A stretch of 64,000 nucleotides of DNA from an uncultured Acidimicrobiia bacterium (lineage in GTDB: Bacteria; Actinomycetota; Acidimicrobiia; IMCC26256; JAENVU01), in the NCBI GenBank assembly GCA_963701625.1, contig CAVPAT010000013.1, positions 611,215 through 675,214 on the forward strand. The letters are read 5' to 3'. A model generated the notes under the pieces. That model saw only the letters and a list, made by a program, of their open reading frames with translations, made no database searches and was not told the origin of the DNA. Shown piece by piece: positions 63,031 through 64,000 of this stretch. Position 1 is the first letter of the stretch, and each line of letters starts with the position of its first letter. Made by a program: the position numbers and the translations under genes.

Positions 63031-63839
63031 TCAGGCCACCTCGAACTCGGCGACCATCCCCAGCATGAAGTGTGGCGGCGCATCCTCAGATTCGCCCTGG
63101 GAAATCGGGCACCAGGCAACGTAAGTCCCCGGCGCCAGGTCATAGACATGGGTACCCGTCTGGCCCGGCAGTGCGAAGGGGCCGGCACCGCTCACCGCCC
63201 GATCCGCGACAGCACCGAGCTGCTCCGGGTCTCCCGACTCAAACGCTTCGAGCGTCTCGGTGACAATCGTTCCGCTGTCGCGACTGTCGCCATCAGGCTT
63301 GCGAATCAAGAGGAAGACGTGCGACTCCTCGCCGGTGTTGGTCATCTGCACGCTCACGGGTCCGCTCCCGACGGTCATCGGGGAGACGTCGAAGCCATAC
63401 TCGGCTGCAGTGACATCGAGGGACTCCCAATCACAGTCCTCGCGGCCGGCCACCTCGATCGCCTCGACCGCCTGGGCCGCGTCGTTCGTCGGGTCTTCGA
63501 GCGCCGAGCCGTCGCCCTCCTGCAACGCGGCGACCGTCTGGTCGAGTACCTCGACCGGGTCCGCCAACGACGCCGGCGCATTCTCGACGATGGTCGCCGC
63601 CGACTCGGCAAGAGCATCGCCGAACCCGGTGATTTCGTCCTTGGTCAGCGGGCCACCCTCACCAGGCTGGTCGACCGCATCGAAGTCGACGATCGCCTGA
63701 CAGAACGCCGCCACATCATTCGCGGACGGCTCGGCCCCTGAATCGGCCTTCGATCCGGCGCTTCCACAGGCCGACAGGACGAGCGCCACGACAACGGTGG
63801 GGACGGCGAGACTCCGGGGGTCCGGAAGGGATATCGCAA
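63031..63839 (-). CDS. cupredoxin-like (putative type-1 copper) lipoprotein (apparent frameshift in the signal peptide)
   Basis: The C-terminus carries EESHVF...YVAWCPISQGESEDAPPHFMLGM, giving a His...Cys...His...Met ligand order. TTG at 63839 gives MRYPFRTP, which would join to RSLAVPTVVVALVLSACGS (lipobox LSAC) if the G5 run at 63816-63820 is miscounted by one. The raw ORF is 63031..63960. Confidence 0.5.
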
Positions 63840-64000
63840 GGCGTGGCTCCTCTGATCGGGTCGGGGAGACTCCTCCCCGGCTGGTCACGTACGAGACCGA
63901 TGATGCGGAACCGCCGCGGGCCGCGCATCCGTCATTGCCACATTTCTGCACGGCGCCCACGGAGGTCGCTGCGAAGGCGTCCAGGCGCGAGCACTCAGAA

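Overview
This is a gene-dense, very GC-rich chromosomal segment of actinobacterial type. GC content and identities were judged by eye, not computed.

**Gene content, left to right**
- 1-5.6 kb: three LipJ-like alpha/beta-hydrolase + class III adenylate-cyclase fusion genes and two stand-alone alpha/beta hydrolases. They are interleaved with one intact tRNA-Thr(CGU) and two degenerate tRNA-Thr-derived copies.
- 5.7-14.8 kb: holB, tmk, an MFS transporter, topA, a DedA-family protein and the H+-pyrophosphatase gene.
- 15-18.7 kb: an APC-like permease, two TrkA genes and a small OB-fold protein.
- 18.8-20.3 kb: a lipoprotein and an LCP-family protein.
- 20.3-28.8 kb: an MrfA/Rv3649-like DEAD-box helicase, a pentapeptide-repeat lipoprotein, a seven-gene Tad/Flp-like pilus operon (CpaE, CpaF, TadB, TadC, Flp, two TadE-like) and a HAD-IB hydrolase.
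- 29.0 kb: tRNA-Sec (selC).
- 29.3-39.4 kb: two aldo/keto reductases, a sigma-70 factor, an ABM-domain protein, a translationally coupled three-gene operon with a di-iron ferritin-like protein, nadE, an APC permease and an SCP2-type thiolase.
- 39.5-43.5 kb: a betA-betB-SDR operon.
- 43.6-47.5 kb: a roughly 1300-aa secreted protein with five tandem PKD-type repeat units.
- 47.6-63.8 kb: a VOC protein, a PAS-GGDEF-EAL sensor, and a block of mostly secreted or lipoprotein enzymes. These are an S15 peptidase, a penicillin acylase, a clan GH-A glycosidase, a DM13 protein, a sulfotransferase, a Calx-beta protein and a cupredoxin-like protein.

**Most interesting observations**
1. An AhpD/CMD-like gene has an in-frame TGA exactly at the second Cys of its CxxCxxxH motif. 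A SECIS-like hairpin follows it, and selC lies in the same window.
2. The 45-nt 3' half of tRNA-Thr occurs three times as a direct repeat, bounding cassettes that each carry a hydrolase-cyclase gene. The layout matches serial site-specific integration, but no integrase is visible in the window.
3. A Calx-beta protein has a C-terminal domain with an HH...H...HxH...M motif order, like PHM/DBH copper monooxygenases. It sits next to a cupredoxin-like lipoprotein.

**Major caveat**
At least about 25 apparent 1-nt frameshifts interrupt otherwise well-conserved genes, including topA and holB, and several fall in homopolymer runs. The sequence therefore looks indel-error-prone. Many CDS coordinates below are reconstructed across two or more frames of the supplied ORF track.

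No rRNA genes, CRISPR arrays, transposases or integrases were seen.
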